Counted from the first letter of the stretch, positions 38,969 through 49,670 are shown. The stretch: 64,000 bases of DNA from an uncultured Sphingomonas sp. (GCA_964244765.1 CAXTJX010000005.1:4606-68605), one strand, 5' to 3'. A program made the numbers and translations. The notes: a model not told the origin generated them from the letters alone.

Positions 38969-41206
38969 ATGACCGCGCGCTCCTTCCCGCAGATCGATCG
39001 CCGTACCCTCTTAATCGGCGGCGGCGCGGGCATCGGGCTGGTCGTGGCGTGGAGCCTGTGGCCGCGCCGCTATGTGCCCAATCTCACCGCCGACAAGGGC
39101 GAGACGCTGTTCGGCGCGTGGCTCAAGATCGGCGATGACGGGCATGTCACCGTCGCCGTGCCGCAGGCCGAGCACGGGCAGGGCGTCTACACCGCGCTCC
39201 CGCAGATCGTCGCGGACGAACTGGGCGCGGACTGGCGTACCGTCGCGGTCGAGCCGGCGCCGCTCAACCCGCTCTACGCCAATCCGTTCGGCGCGGAGGA
39301 ACTGTTCGAGGGACAGGGCGACGCGCTGCTCAAGTCGTGGCGCGATGCCCATGCCGTGCGGATCGGGCTGATGCTGACGGCCGGGTCGAGCTCGGTCCGC
39401 GCGTTCGAGGGCGATCTGCGTATGGCGGCCGCGGCCGCGCGGGTGCTGCTGTGCAAGGCGGCGGCCAAGCGCTGGGGGGTCGACTGGCAAAGCTGCGCCA
39501 CGGCGGCGGGTTTCGTCGTACATGGCAAGGATCGCCTGCGCTTCGCCGAGCTGGCGAGCGCGGCGGCGGGCGGCACGCTGCCGGACCCGCTTCCCTTACG
39601 CGGCGACACCGCCGACCGGCTGTCGGGCCAGTCGCTGCCCCGGCTCGACGCCCCGGCCAAGGTCGACGGCTCGGCCAATTTCGCCGGCGACGTGCGCTTG
39701 CCCGACATGGTCTATGCCAGCATCCGCCAGGGGCCGGTCGGCGACAGCACGCTGCTGCGCGTCGACCGCGCGGCGGCCGACCGGATTCGCGGCGTGCTGC
39801 ACGTCGTCACCAACGACCGCTGGGTCGCCGCCATCGGCACCAACTGGTGGGCGGCGAACCAGGCGCTCGACGCGCTCGCCCCGCGCTTCGAGACACGCGG
39901 GGCCGCCGTCACCACCGCCGGCATCCAGGCCGCGCTACGGGCCGCGCTCGACGGCCCCGGCACGCGCCTGGCGCAGGCCGGGGACCTGTCGTCGGTGTTC
40001 AAGGATGCGCGCGTGATCACCGCGGACTATCATGTCGGGCTCGCCCCGCACGCCGCGATCGAGACGATGACGGCGACCGCGTATCTGCACGACGGCCGCC
40101 TCGACCTGTGGCTGCCGACGCAAGCGCCCGGCCTCGCGCGCAGTGCCGCGGCGGCGGCGATCGGCCTGTCGGAGGATGCCGTGCTGGTCCATCCGATGCT
40201 GATCGGCGGATCGTTCGGCGCCAATTTGGAAACGCAGTGCGCGGCGCAGGCGGCGATGCTGGCGGAGAAGCTCAGGCGTCCGGTGCAGCTCGTCTGGTCG
40301 CGGTCGGAGGATTTGCTGCACGACCGCTACCGCCCGCCCGCCATGGCGCGGATGACGGCGCGGCTCGGCGCGAACGGGCAGATCCTCGGCTGGCTCGCCA
40401 AGATCGCCGCGCCCGCGACCGGGCGGGAGCTTGCCGCGCGGCTGCTCGGCGACGATGCCGCTGCCCGCGCCGCCTTGTCGCTGGCGCCGTCGGGCGACCG
40501 CTATGCGGTGGCGGGCGCGACGCCGTTCTACCGCGTGCCCGCCTTCGCGATCGACCATCATCCGGCCGAGATCGGCGTGCCGACCGGGCATTGGCGTTCC
40601 GGCGCGCACAGCTACACCGCCTTCTTCACCGAATGCTTCCTCGACGAACTGGCGCATGTCGCGGGCACCGAGGCGCTGTCGTTCCGCATCGGCATGCTCG
40701 GCGGCGACGCGCGGCTGGCGCGCTGCCTGTCGACCGCCGCCTCGCTCGGCGGGTGGGAAGGCGGCGTGGCGGGGAGCGGGCAGGGCATCGCGTGCCACAG
40801 CTTTCGCGGCAGCCACATCGCGGTGCTGGTCGAGGCGCATATCGGCGAGGGGCAGGCGGTCAGCGTCGATCGCATCGTCGCGGCGGTCGATTGCGGGCGG
40901 CAGATCAATCCCGACCTGGTCAGGCAGCAGATCGAAGGCGGGCTGCTGTTCGGCATGGCGGCGGCGACGGGGGCGACGACCGGGTTCCGCGCCAATCTCG
41001 CCACGGCGCGCGGGTTCGGCGATCTCGGCCTGCCGCGTCTCGCCGATACGCCCGACATCACCGTCGAGATGATCTCGAGCGAGGCCGAGCCCGGCGGGGT
41101 GAGCGAACTCGCCGTGCCGCCGGTCGCGCCGGCGATTGCCAACGCGCTGCAAGCCGCTACGGGCTACCGCTTGCGGACACTCCCGCTGGTCCCCGGAAGC
41201 GCTTGA
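38969..41206 (+). CDS. Xanthine dehydrogenase-family molybdopterin-binding subunit (IorB-like)
   Basis: DRRTLL Tat-like N-terminus, EHGQG, GGSFG, QIEGG, PGGVSE. Confidence 0.85.
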   Translation: MTARSFPQIDRRTLLIGGGAGIGLVVAWSLWPRRYVPNLTADKGETLFGAWLKIGDDGHVTVAVPQAEHGQGVYTALPQIVADELGADWRTVAVEPAPLNPLYANPFGAEELFEGQGDALLKSWRDAHAVRIGLMLTAGSSSVRAFEGDLRMAAAAARVLLCKAAAKRWGVDWQSCATAAGFVVHGKDRLRFAELASAAAGGTLPDPLPLRGDTADRLSGQSLPRLDAPAKVDGSANFAGDVRLPDMVYASIRQGPVGDSTLLRVDRAAADRIRGVLHVVTNDRWVAAIGTNWWAANQALDALAPRFETRGAAVTTAGIQAALRAALDGPGTRLAQAGDLSSVFKDARVITADYHVGLAPHAAIETMTATAYLHDGRLDLWLPTQAPGLARSAAAAAIGLSEDAVLVHPMLIGGSFGANLETQCAAQAAMLAEKLRRPVQLVWSRSEDLLHDRYRPPAMARMTARLGANGQILGWLAKIAAPATGRELAARLLGDDAAARAALSLAPSGDRYAVAGATPFYRVPAFAIDHHPAEIGVPTGHWRSGAHSYTAFFTECFLDELAHVAGTEALSFRIGMLGGDARLARCLSTAASLGGWEGGVAGSGQGIACHSFRGSHIAVLVEAHIGEGQAVSVDRIVAAVDCGRQINPDLVRQQIEGGLLFGMAAATGATTGFRANLATARGFGDLGLPRLADTPDITVEMISSEAEPGGVSELAVPPVAPAIANALQAATGYRLRTLPLVPGSA

Positions 41207-42210
41207 TGCCGCCTGCCCATCACCCGGCCATCCCCGCGCCGAAGATCGGCGTGCTGCTGATCAATCTCGGCACGCCCGACGGGCCCGATATCGCGTCGGT
41301 GAAGCGTTATCTCGGCGAATTCCTGTCCGACCGGCGCGTCGTCGAAATCCCGCAGATCGTGTGGCAGCCGATCCTGCGCGGCATCATCCTCAACACGCGG
41401 CCCAAGAAGTCGGCGCATGCCTACAGCCAGGTATGGAGCGAGGACGGCTCGCCGCTCGCCGCCATCACCAAGGCGCAGAGCGCCGCGCTGCGGGGTGCGT
41501 TCGGGTCGGGCGTAACGGTCGACTGGGCGATGCGCTACGGCAAGCCGTCCATCCCGGACCGGTTGCGGGCGATGAAGGATGCCGGGTGCGCGCGGATCCT
41601 GATCGCGCCGCTCTACCCGCAATATTGCGCCGCGACCACCGCGACCGCCAACGACAAGGTGTTCGAGACGCTGGCGAGGATGCGCTGGCAACCGGCGCTG
41701 CGCACGCTGCCGCCGTATTACGACGACCCGGCCTATATCGCGGCGCTGGCCGACTCGATCGAGACGGCGGTGAGCGACCTCGATTTCGAGCCGCAGGCGA
41801 TCGTCACCAGTTTTCACGGCATGCCGCAACGCACGCTGGAATTGGGCGATCCCTATCATTGCCATTGCCGCAAGACCGGGCGACTGCTCGGCGAGAAGCT
41901 GGGCAGGGAATTGATCGTCTCGTTCCAGTCGCGTTTCGGCCGCGCCAAGTGGCTGGAACCGGCGACCGACGTGACGCTGGAGGAATTGCCGGACAAGGGC
42001 ATCACCAGGATCGCGATCGTCGCACCGGGCTTTTCCGCCGATTGCCTGGAGACGCTGGAGGAACTGGCGATCCGCGGACGCGAGAGCTTCGAAGCGAAGG
42101 GCGGCACGCATTTCGCCTATCTTCCCTGCCTCAACGCCAGCCCGATCGGGATCGCGATGTTGCGCGGGCTGATCGCGCGAGAGCTTGAAGGGTGGGGCGT
42201 CCCCGCCTAG
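41206..42210 (+). CDS. hemH: Ferrochelatase
   Basis: NLGTPD, PLYPQY, SFHG, FQSRFG, FSADCLETLEE. Confidence 0.95.
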   Translation: MPPAHHPAIPAPKIGVLLINLGTPDGPDIASVKRYLGEFLSDRRVVEIPQIVWQPILRGIILNTRPKKSAHAYSQVWSEDGSPLAAITKAQSAALRGAFGSGVTVDWAMRYGKPSIPDRLRAMKDAGCARILIAPLYPQYCAATTATANDKVFETLARMRWQPALRTLPPYYDDPAYIAALADSIETAVSDLDFEPQAIVTSFHGMPQRTLELGDPYHCHCRKTGRLLGEKLGRELIVSFQSRFGRAKWLEPATDVTLEELPDKGITRIAIVAPGFSADCLETLEELAIRGRESFEAKGGTHFAYLPCLNASPIGIAMLRGLIARELEGWGVPA

Positions 42211-42244
42211 CCTAGGTTTACAACGAGCGTAGAGGAGAGCGGAC

Positions 42245-42967
42245 ATGGCCCGGGTAGCGATCGTCACAGGCGGCACGCGCGGCATCGGCGAGGCGATCAG
42301 TCTCGCACTCAAGGAGATGGGCATCACGGTCGCGGCAAATTACGCCGGCAACGACGCGCGCGCGCGCGATTTCACCGATCGTACCGGCATTGCCGCCTAT
42401 AAGTGGGACGTGGGCGATTTCGATGCGTGCCAAGACGGCTGTGCCAAGGTCGCCGCCGAGCAGGGCGACGTCGACATCGTCGTCAACAATGCCGGCATCA
42501 CGCGCGACGGCACCATCCTGAAGATGAGCTATCAGGACTGGAAGGAAGTGATCGAGACCAATCTCGGCGGCTGCTTCAACATGGCGAAGGCGACCTTCGC
42601 CGGCATGCGGAGCCGCAAATGGGGGCGGATCGTCAATATCGGGTCGATCAACGGGCAGGCCGGGCAATACGGCCAAGTCAATTACGCCGCCGCGAAATCG
42701 GGCATTCACGGGTTTACCAAGGCGCTGGCGCAGGAAGGCGCCAGGGCGGGGGTGACGGTCAATGCGATCGCGCCGGGCTATATCGACACCGACATGGTCG
42801 CGGCGGTGCCGCCCGACGTGCTGGAGAAGATCGTGGCGAAAATCCCGGTCGGCCGCCTGGGCCAGGCGACCGAGATCGCGCGCGGCGTCGCGTTTCTTTG
42901 TTCGGAGGAGGGTGGTTTCGTGACCGGATCGACGCTGAGCATCAATGGCGGACAGCATATGTATTGA
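42245..42967 (+). CDS. phbB: Acetoacetyl-CoA reductase
   Basis: TGGTRGIG, NNAGITRD, GQVNYAAAKSG, NGGQHMY. Confidence 0.93.
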   Translation: MARVAIVTGGTRGIGEAISLALKEMGITVAANYAGNDARARDFTDRTGIAAYKWDVGDFDACQDGCAKVAAEQGDVDIVVNNAGITRDGTILKMSYQDWKEVIETNLGGCFNMAKATFAGMRSRKWGRIVNIGSINGQAGQYGQVNYAAAKSGIHGFTKALAQEGARAGVTVNAIAPGYIDTDMVAAVPPDVLEKIVAKIPVGRLGQATEIARGVAFLCSEEGGFVTGSTLSINGGQHMY

Positions 42968-43085
42968 CGGGCGCAGGCGCGCGTGCCGCGGGCCGGTGCG
43001 CCTCCGGCGCAGCGCCCGGCACGGCCGGCGGGTGGGCCAAGCCCAACCCGGCCGACGGCTTTGCCGGCGGCCCGCCCGAGTATAA

Positions 43086-43116
43086 GGAGGCCGATCCCGC
43101 AAGGAGATCGGCCTCC
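43086..43116. terminator. GC hairpin between convergent phbB and glycine-zipper gene
   Basis: GGAGGCCGATC...GATCGGCCTCC. Confidence 0.55.
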
Positions 43117-43271
43117 ACCCTCGATACGCCACGCAAGGGTAGCTCCGAGTACGGTTCAGCGACGGTCGGCAAAGCCGCCATCGGCCGGGTTCGCTGGCGC
43201 GACCCGTCGGCCGTGCCGGGCGATGCTCGCTTTCGCGACCATCGGGGCGGACATGGCCGCCCCTTCACCCG

Positions 43272-43721
43272 TCACCGGCACCCGTCCTTCTCGATCGCAC
43301 GGCCCGCCAGGGCCCCGCCACCGGCGCCGAGCACGGTGCCCAGCGTCCGGTCGCCCCGCCCTGCGATCGCGTTGCCGAGCAGGCCGCCGGCGATCGCGCC
43401 GATGATCGTACCGCTGCTGCCGTTGCGGCAGCGATTGCGCGACCGGCTGTAATAGCGGCGATCGTCATAGCGGCGCGGATCGTCATAGCCGCGCTGGTCG
43501 TAGCGTCCGCGCTGGTCATCGTAACCGCGCTGGTCGCGATACCCGTCGTTCCGGTAGCGCGTGTCGCGATAGCCGTCGTCGCGGTTGTAGCCGTCGCGAT
43601 AGGCCTGCTCATAGGCATAGGCCTGGCCGCGATCGTAATCCTGCGCGGCGGCAGGCGTCGCGGCCAGGCCGGACGCCGTCATGGCGATCGCGGTGGCGGC
43701 GAGCGTGAGGGTCTTGAACAT
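43272..43721 (-). CDS. Glycine-zipper 2TM protein with Tyr/Asp/Arg repeats
   Basis: Signal peptide; GTIIGAIAGGLLG...GAGGGALAG. Confidence 0.85.
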   Translation of the reverse strand: MFKTLTLAATAIAMTASGLAATPAAAQDYDRGQAYAYEQAYRDGYNRDDGYRDTRYRNDGYRDQRGYDDQRGRYDQRGYDDPRRYDDRRYYSRSRNRCRNGSSGTIIGAIAGGLLGNAIAGRGDRTLGTVLGAGGGALAGRAIEKDGCR

Positions 43722-43870
43722 CGTGCGTCTCCCGGCTGGTTGTTCCGATAAAACGGATATGCGCGAGTCGCGATGTGACGTGCCTGAATGGCTCTGTTAG
43801 CCGCCATTCATCGTCGTAACGCAGCGGTAACGTGGTTGCGCCCCGATCCGCGCTACCGCAGGGCAGGGCG

Positions 43871-44869
43871 ATGCGCATCCTGCTGTCGATCCTGCTGCTG
43901 TTGCTGTTGCTGCCCGTCTGGAGCGGGCGCGAACGGTTGCCGTTGTTCAAGGCCGATCCGCACTTCCGCGTCGAGCCCGTCCTGCTCGATCCGGCCGACC
44001 CGGCGGTACGGCGCGTCGGCGATCTGGTGTGGCTGGGCGGGATCGAACTGGCCAGCCGCGATCCGGCGTTCGGCGGCTTTTCGTCGCTGCACGTCGCGGG
44101 CGATCACTTCACGCTGCTCAGCGACGGCGGCAATATCGTGCGGTTCGCGATGGGGCGCGACTGGCGCATCCATCGGCCGAGCTTCGCGGCCTTGCCGGCC
44201 GGCCCCGGAACCGGCTGGGAAAAACGCGACCGCGACAGCGAATCGATGAGCGTCGATCCGCGGACCGGCGCGGTCTGGGTCGGGTTCGAAAGCTATGACC
44301 AGTTATGGCGCTACGACCCGGGTTTCACCCGCGCCGAGGCGCACGTCGCCCCGCCCGCGATGCGCGACTGGCCGGAGAATGAAGGCGCCGAGGCGATGAC
44401 GCTGCTGCCTGGCGGCGGCATGGCGACGATCGCCGAGACCAAGCCGTGGCCCGGCGGGCGCGGGCGCGGCGGCATCGTCTTCGCGGGCGATCCGGTGCGG
44501 GATCCGCGCCGCGGCTTCCGCTTCACTTTCATCCCGCCGGCGGGATACGATGTCAGCGACATGACCGTCCTGCCCGACGGACGCTGGCTGGTCCTCAATC
44601 GCGGCTTCGCCTGGGCGCGTTTCTCGAACGTGCTGACGGTGGTCGATCCCGCGCAGGTCCGCCCCGGCGCGACGGTGCGCGGACGCAACATCGCGACGCT
44701 CGCCGCGCCGTTGATCCACGACAATTTCGAGGGAATCGCGGCCACCCGCGAAGGGCACGAGACGATCGTCTGGCTCGTCTCGGACGACAACCAGATGCCG
44801 TTCCAGCGCAGTCTGCTGCTGAAATTCAGGCTCGATCCGGTCCCGTCGAAACCGGACCGGCACAAATAA
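43871..44869 (+). CDS. Esterase-like activity of phytase family protein
   Basis: FGGFS, LSDGG, DSES, DNFEGIA, VSDDN. Confidence 0.8.
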   Translation: MRILLSILLLLLLLPVWSGRERLPLFKADPHFRVEPVLLDPADPAVRRVGDLVWLGGIELASRDPAFGGFSSLHVAGDHFTLLSDGGNIVRFAMGRDWRIHRPSFAALPAGPGTGWEKRDRDSESMSVDPRTGAVWVGFESYDQLWRYDPGFTRAEAHVAPPAMRDWPENEGAEAMTLLPGGGMATIAETKPWPGGRGRGGIVFAGDPVRDPRRGFRFTFIPPAGYDVSDMTVLPDGRWLVLNRGFAWARFSNVLTVVDPAQVRPGATVRGRNIATLAAPLIHDNFEGIAATREGHETIVWLVSDDNQMPFQRSLLLKFRLDPVPSKPDRHK

Positions 44870-44872
44870 GTC

Positions 44873-45175
44873 TTACGCGGCGGCCTGCGGCGTCGCGGTG
44901 CGCTTCTTGGCGACGTCGCGCTTGAGGCGGCGCGCGCGCAGCGACAGCTTGTCGTCGGTGGTCTTGACCAGCCAATTGTCCAGCCCGCCGACATGCTCGA
45001 CCGAGCGCAGCCCGTGCGCCGAGACGCGCAGCTTGACGCTGGTGCCGAGCGCATCCGAGATCAGCGTGACGTTCTGCAGGTTCGGCAGGAACGTGCGCTT
45101 GGTCTTGTTGTTGGCATGGGAGACGTTGTTCCCCACCATCCGGCCCTTGCCGGTCAGTTCGCAGATGCGCGACAT
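44873..45175 (-). CDS. rpmB: 50S ribosomal protein L28
   Basis: [28 protein letters not shown]. Confidence 0.97.
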   Translation of the reverse strand: MSRICELTGKGRMVGNNVSHANNKTKRTFLPNLQNVTLISDALGTSVKLRVSAHGLRSVEHVGGLDNWLVKTTDDKLSLRARRLKRDVAKKRTATPQAAA

Positions 45176-45306
45176 CGTGAATTCCTGATTCGCCAGAATG
45201 ATGATGAGCGCCCGTGAAGAGGCTCGTGAAGGCGGGGCGCATACCGAAAGCGGGACGGCCGGTCAACCGCATGTGGTGGCGCTGCACCGTGAATCGGTGT
45301 TTACAT

Positions 45307-45332
45307 GCAACCGAAGCAGGCGACGCGGCGTT
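45307..45332 (+). promoter_or_regulatory. EcfG-type promoter
   Basis: GCAAC-N17-CGTT upstream of ORF at 45370. Confidence 0.45.
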
Positions 45333-45369
45333 TGGTTACGATAACGATTCGATCATTCAGGAGAATGCG

Positions 45370-45657
45370 ATGCGCTTTCTATTGGCCCTGGTCGGCCTCG
45401 CCGCCCTCGTCGTCGTCGCCCTGGTGTCGCTGGGCATGCTCAAGCTCGATACCAAGGCGGGGTCGCTCCCCTCGGTCAGCGTGGCCGGCGGCAAGGCGCC
45501 CGAAGTGACCGCCAACATGGCGACGGTCGAGTTCGGCACCGCCCGCAAGACGGTAGAGGTGCCGACCGTCACGACCAAGACCAAGACGATCGCGGTGCCG
45601 ACACTGACGGTCAACAAGCCCGCCGGTGCGGACGGCAACACCGTCACAACCCGATAA
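45370..45657 (+). CDS. Small membrane-anchored hypothetical protein
   Basis: SD CAGGAG; MRFLLALVG TM then Thr/Val-rich tail. Confidence 0.7.
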   Translation: MRFLLALVGLAALVVVALVSLGMLKLDTKAGSLPSVSVAGGKAPEVTANMATVEFGTARKTVEVPTVTTKTKTIAVPTLTVNKPAGADGNTVTTR

Positions 45658-45719
45658 GCCCTGCCGGTCTGGCGAGTTCCGGTCTGGCGAATTCCGCTCG
45701 GGCGGGGCATGATGGCGCG

Positions 45720-46178
45720 GTGTTGCCGCTGCCCCTCCCGATGCGCGCCGCGCTCGACGCCGCCAGCGCGGCGGCGGCGGCGGGCGAAGTGCCGGTCGGC
45801 GCGGTGATCGTGCTGGACGGGCAGATCATCGCCACCGCTGCCAACGCGCCGCGCGCGCGGTACGATCCGACCGCGCATGCCGAAATGCTGGCGATCCGCG
45901 CCGCCGCCGCCGCGATCGGCGCGGACCGGCTGAGCGCGTGCGAGCTGTGGGTCACGCTGGAACCCTGCGCGATGTGTGCCGGGGCGATCGCCCATGCGCG
46001 CATCGCGCGGCTGTATTACGGCGCGAGCGACCCGAAGGGCGGCGCGGTCGAACACGGCCCGCGCCTGTTTTCGCAAGGCACGGTCCATCACCGCCCCGAA
46101 CTGTTCCCCGGCATCGGCGAGCGCGAGGCGGCGGCGCTGTTGCGCGCTTTCTTTGCCGCGCGCCGCGCCGCGAGATAA
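45720..46178 (+). CDS. tadA: tRNA adenosine deaminase
   Basis: GEVPVGAV, HAEM, TLEPCAMC. Confidence 0.88.
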   Translation: MLPLPLPMRAALDAASAAAAAGEVPVGAVIVLDGQIIATAANAPRARYDPTAHAEMLAIRAAAAAIGADRLSACELWVTLEPCAMCAGAIAHARIARLYYGASDPKGGAVEHGPRLFSQGTVHHRPELFPGIGEREAAALLRAFFAARRAAR

Positions 46179-46236
46179 AGCGAGCGACGCCGACTGTTGT
46201 GAAAGCGCCCGATCTGCGCGAAGGAAGTCGGGCATC

Positions 46237-47541
46237 ATGCACCCGCTCCCGCCTTTTCCCTGGATCGACGTCGCGATCATCCTCGCGCTGGTCGTGCTCA
46301 ACGGCGTCTTCGCCATGTCGGAACTGGCGATCGTCTCGTCGCGCAAGGCGCGGCTGGAGGCGATGGCGCGCAGCGGGCGGCGCGGCGCGCGCACCGCACT
46401 GGCGCTGGCGGCCGACCCCGGCAAGATCCTGTCGACGACGCAGATCGGCATCACGCTGATCGGCATCCTGGCAGGGGCTTATTCCGGGTCGAGCCTGGGC
46501 GGGCCGGTCGCGGCGCGGCTCGGCTTTCTCGGGCTTGGCGCGGAGACGACGGAGACGATCGGCTTCGCGATCGTCATCGGCCTGACCACCTATGCCTCGC
46601 TCGTCGTCGGCGAGCTGGTGCCCAAGCAGATCGCGCTGCGCGCGCCGGAGCCGCTCGCCGCGATGATGGCCGGACCGGTCAGCGTGCTGGCGACGATCAC
46701 CGCGCCGGTGGTGTGGCTGCTCGATTCCTCGTCGGGCGCGCTGTTCCGCCTGATGGGCCTGAAGCGCGAGAGCGAGGAGCATGTCACGGCGGAGGAACTG
46801 CATCTGATCGTGGCCGAGGCGTCGAAATCGGGCGTGATCGAGGAGCATGAGCGCTCGATCATTTCCGGCGTCGTGCGGCTGGCGGATCGCCCGGTGCGCG
46901 AGGTGATGACGCCGCGCACCGATATCGAATGGATCGACGCGACGCTCGACGATGCCGGCATCCGCGCCGCGCTGATGGCCTCGACCCACAGCCGCCTGCC
47001 GGTCGCGGAAGGATCGGTCGATGCGGTGCTCGGCGTGGTGCAGGCGCGCGACATTGCCGTCGCCCTGTTCCGGGGAGACCCGCTCGACGTGCGCGTGCTG
47101 ATGCGCCAGGCGCCGGTGGTGATCGACCAGATCGACGCGATGGACGCGCTCGACGCGCTGCGCCAGGCCGAGGTGCCGATGGCGCTGATCCATGACGAAT
47201 ACGGCCATTTCGAAGGGATCGTGACGCCGGCCGATCTGCTCGCGGCGATCGCCGGCGAGTTCGCGTCGGACACCCACCCCGACGAGGCGCCCTCGGTCGT
47301 CACGCGCGACGACGGCTCGCTGCTGGTGGCGGGGCAGATGGCGGTCGACACGCTGGCCGAACGGCTCGGCCTCGATCTGCCCGAGGACCGCGATTACGCG
47401 ACCGTCGCGGGGTTGGCACTCGCCGTGTTTCGCCATCTGCCGGGCGAGGGCGAAAGCTTCGTCGAGCAGGGCTGGAAGTTCGAGGTGGTCGATCTCGACG
47501 GGCGGCGGATCGACAAGGTGCTGGTGAGCCGGGCGGGGTAG
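46237..47541 (+). CDS. Hemolysin-family CNNM/CBS/CorC protein
   Basis: FAMSELA, GELVPK, VMTPR, DEYGHFEG. Confidence 0.9.
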   Translation: MHPLPPFPWIDVAIILALVVLNGVFAMSELAIVSSRKARLEAMARSGRRGARTALALAADPGKILSTTQIGITLIGILAGAYSGSSLGGPVAARLGFLGLGAETTETIGFAIVIGLTTYASLVVGELVPKQIALRAPEPLAAMMAGPVSVLATITAPVVWLLDSSSGALFRLMGLKRESEEHVTAEELHLIVAEASKSGVIEEHERSIISGVVRLADRPVREVMTPRTDIEWIDATLDDAGIRAALMASTHSRLPVAEGSVDAVLGVVQARDIAVALFRGDPLDVRVLMRQAPVVIDQIDAMDALDALRQAEVPMALIHDEYGHFEGIVTPADLLAAIAGEFASDTHPDEAPSVVTRDDGSLLVAGQMAVDTLAERLGLDLPEDRDYATVAGLALAVFRHLPGEGESFVEQGWKFEVVDLDGRRIDKVLVSRAG

Positions 47542-47567
47542 CGTCTTGCCATAGTGTTCCCCGGCCA

Positions 47568-47604
47568 TCGCGAAGCCTTTCGCGAGGCCTTTCGCGAGGC
47601 CTTT
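47568..47604. repeat. 12-bp tandem repeat (TCGCGARGCCTT)x3
   Basis: Read directly. Confidence 0.8.
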
Positions 47605-47617
47605 GCAAAACTCTCGC

Positions 47618-47712
47618 CATCGTCCCGGATCCGTTCCGGGATCCCCGTGCCGCATCTTCCCGGCCGCTGCTGCCGTACCACGGTGGATGCCGGAACAGGT
47701 CCGGCATGACGG
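47618..47712. repeat. Palindromic repeat family B, copy 4
   Basis: CGTCCCGGATCCGTTCCGGGATCC...GGATGCCGGAACAGGTCCGGCATGACG. Confidence 0.8.
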
Positions 47713-47760
47713 GGTGCTTGCAGAATGTCGCAGGCTTGCCGTCGACAGGGTCGTTCGGAC

Positions 47761-48327
47761 CTATCCCCCCAATTTTCCGAATGCCGCCTCATACCCCGCG
47801 CGGTCGCCGGCGCTCAGCAGCCTGGCTTGCTCGATCCAGCGGTCGCGCGCCATGCGGCCCTGGAACGTGCCGAGCCGCGCGTCCAGGTCGGCCGCCGCTT
47901 CCGGCGTCAGGGCGGCGATCTGATCGACGCGCGTGATGCCGTGTTCGGCCAGCGTCGTGGCGAGCTTGGGGCCCAGGCCCTTGATCTGGGTGAGGTCGCC
48001 GGCGATCGGTGTCGCGACGGGAACGGGCACGTCCGCTGCGGGTGTCCCGGTCCGCGGCGCGACTTCCCCCGCCGGCACGTCCGCGGATAGCGTCGTCGCG
48101 TCGTCGATCGAGGCGGTCGGTTGCGTCACCGCGCCATGTTTCTCGGCGGTCGCGAAATTCTCGTCGACTTGCTTCCTCGCGTCCTTGCGACGGCGCGCCA
48201 GTGTCGCGCCCCACCAGATCGCGGCGAGCGCCAGGGCGGCGAGAACGCCCATCAGGACGATGTGCGTCACGGTGATCGCGCTCATCGTGTCGATCGCCTG
48301 ATTGGTATGTTGCGGGTCGACGGTCAT
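47761..48327 (-). CDS. Membrane-anchored helix-hairpin-helix domain protein
   Basis: TM segment; DLTQIKGLGPK, RDRWIEQARLL. Confidence 0.75.
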   Translation of the reverse strand: MTVDPQHTNQAIDTMSAITVTHIVLMGVLAALALAAIWWGATLARRRKDARKQVDENFATAEKHGAVTQPTASIDDATTLSADVPAGEVAPRTGTPAADVPVPVATPIAGDLTQIKGLGPKLATTLAEHGITRVDQIAALTPEAAADLDARLGTFQGRMARDRWIEQARLLSAGDRAGYEAAFGKLGG

Positions 48328-48377
48328 GCGGGATGCTCCTGAATTCCCGTGAATTTCCGGCAGGGTAGCGCAAAGGA

Positions 48378-49670
48378 TCAGTCCGCGTCGCGCGCAATCT
48401 CGCGCCCGTGCGCGTCACGCGCGCATTCCCGGTGCCCGATGTCCCGGCGGTGGAAGCCGCCGGGGAAATCGATCAGGTCGACCGCGCGGTAGGCGGCGGC
48501 GCGCGCCGCGTCGATCGTGTCGCCGAGCGCGCTCACCGCCAGCACGCGCCCGCCCGCCGCGACGAGCCGGTCGCCGTCGCGCCGCGTGCCGGCCTGGAAG
48601 ACCCGCGCGCCGCTCGCCTCGGCGTCCGCGATCCCGCCGATCGTCCCGCCGCTCTCGGGCGTGCCGGGATAGCCGTTGGCGGCGAGCACCACCGTCACGG
48701 CGGTGCGATCGACCCAGCGCGCGGGGCCGCGCGCGGCCAGCGTTCCCGTCGCCACCGCGAGCAGTACCTCGAGCAGATCCTCGTCCAGCCGCAGCATCAG
48801 CACCTGGCATTCCGGGTCGCCGAACCGGACATTGTATTCGATCAGCTTGGGCCCGTCCGCCGTCAGCATCAGCCCGGCATATAGCACGCCCGAAAACGGC
48901 GTCCCCGCCGCCGCCATCGCCGCCACGGTCGGCGCCACGATCTCGTCGAGCGCGCGACGCTCCAGTTCGGGCGTCAGCACGCGCGCCGGGCTGTACGCGC
49001 CCATGCCGCCGGTATTCGGCCCGGTATCGCCCTCGCCGACGCGCTTGTGGTCCTGCGCCGATCCGAACGGGAGGATCGCCGTGCCGTCGGTCAGCACGAA
49101 CAGGCTGGCCTCTTCCCCTTCCAGAAATTCCTCGATCACCGCTTCCCCGCCGCGCGCGGAGAACAGGTCGGCCAGCGCGCCCTCGGCTTCCTCGCGCGTG
49201 AAAGCGACCGTCACCCCCTTGCCCGCCGCCAGCCCGTCGGCCTTGACCACCACCGGCACGCCGAAGCGGTCGATCGCGGCGCGCGCCTCGGCGCGGCTGG
49301 TCGCGTGGACGTACCCGGCGGTCGGGATGCCGGCGCGGTCGCACAACGCCTTGGTGAAGGCCTTGGACCCTTCCAGTCGCGCCGCCGCCTTGTCCGGCCC
49401 GAACACCGCCACCCCCGCCGCGCGGAGACCGTCGCCCAACCCGTCGACCAGCGGCGCCTCCGGGCCGATCACGACCAGGTCGACCGCTTGCGCCGCACAG
49501 AAAGCCACGACCGCCGCATGATCGGCCAAGTCGAGCTTGACGATCTCGGCGTGGCCCGCGATGCCCGGATTGCCCGGTGCCGCGAACAGCCGCGTCAGGC
49601 GCGGCGATTGCGCCAGCTTCCACGCGAGCGCATGTTCGCGGCCACCCGATCCGATCAGCAGGACATTCAA
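48378..49670 (-). CDS. purD: Phosphoribosylamine-glycine ligase
   Basis: [36 protein letters not shown]; TTG start. Confidence 0.96.
   Translation of the reverse strand: MNVLLIGSGGREHALAWKLAQSPRLTRLFAAPGNPGIAGHAEIVKLDLADHAAVVAFCAAQAVDLVVIGPEAPLVDGLGDGLRAAGVAVFGPDKAAARLEGSKAFTKALCDRAGIPTAGYVHATSRAEARAAIDRFGVPVVVKADGLAAGKGVTVAFTREEAEGALADLFSARGGEAVIEEFLEGEEASLFVLTDGTAILPFGSAQDHKRVGEGDTGPNTGGMGAYSPARVLTPELERRALDEIVAPTVAAMAAAGTPFSGVLYAGLMLTADGPKLIEYNVRFGDPECQVLMLRLDEDLLEVLLAVATGTLAARGPARWVDRTAVTVVLAANGYPGTPESGGTIGGIADAEASGARVFQAGTRRDGDRLVAAGGRVLAVSALGDTIDAARAAAYRAVDLIDFPGGFHRRDIGHRECARDAHGREIARDAD

Noticed and set aside
39337-42210. 957-aa ORF suggesting a ferrochelatase fusion
   Set aside because: The upstream part is an off-frame overlap of the IorB-like gene; hemH starts at 41206
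42968-43270. Possible gene remnant or ncRNA downstream of phbB
   Set aside because: No recognisable family; only a terminator-like hairpin is supportable
45664-45696. 15-bp direct duplication CCGGTCTGGCGARTT
   Set aside because: Only two copies; most likely simple slippage
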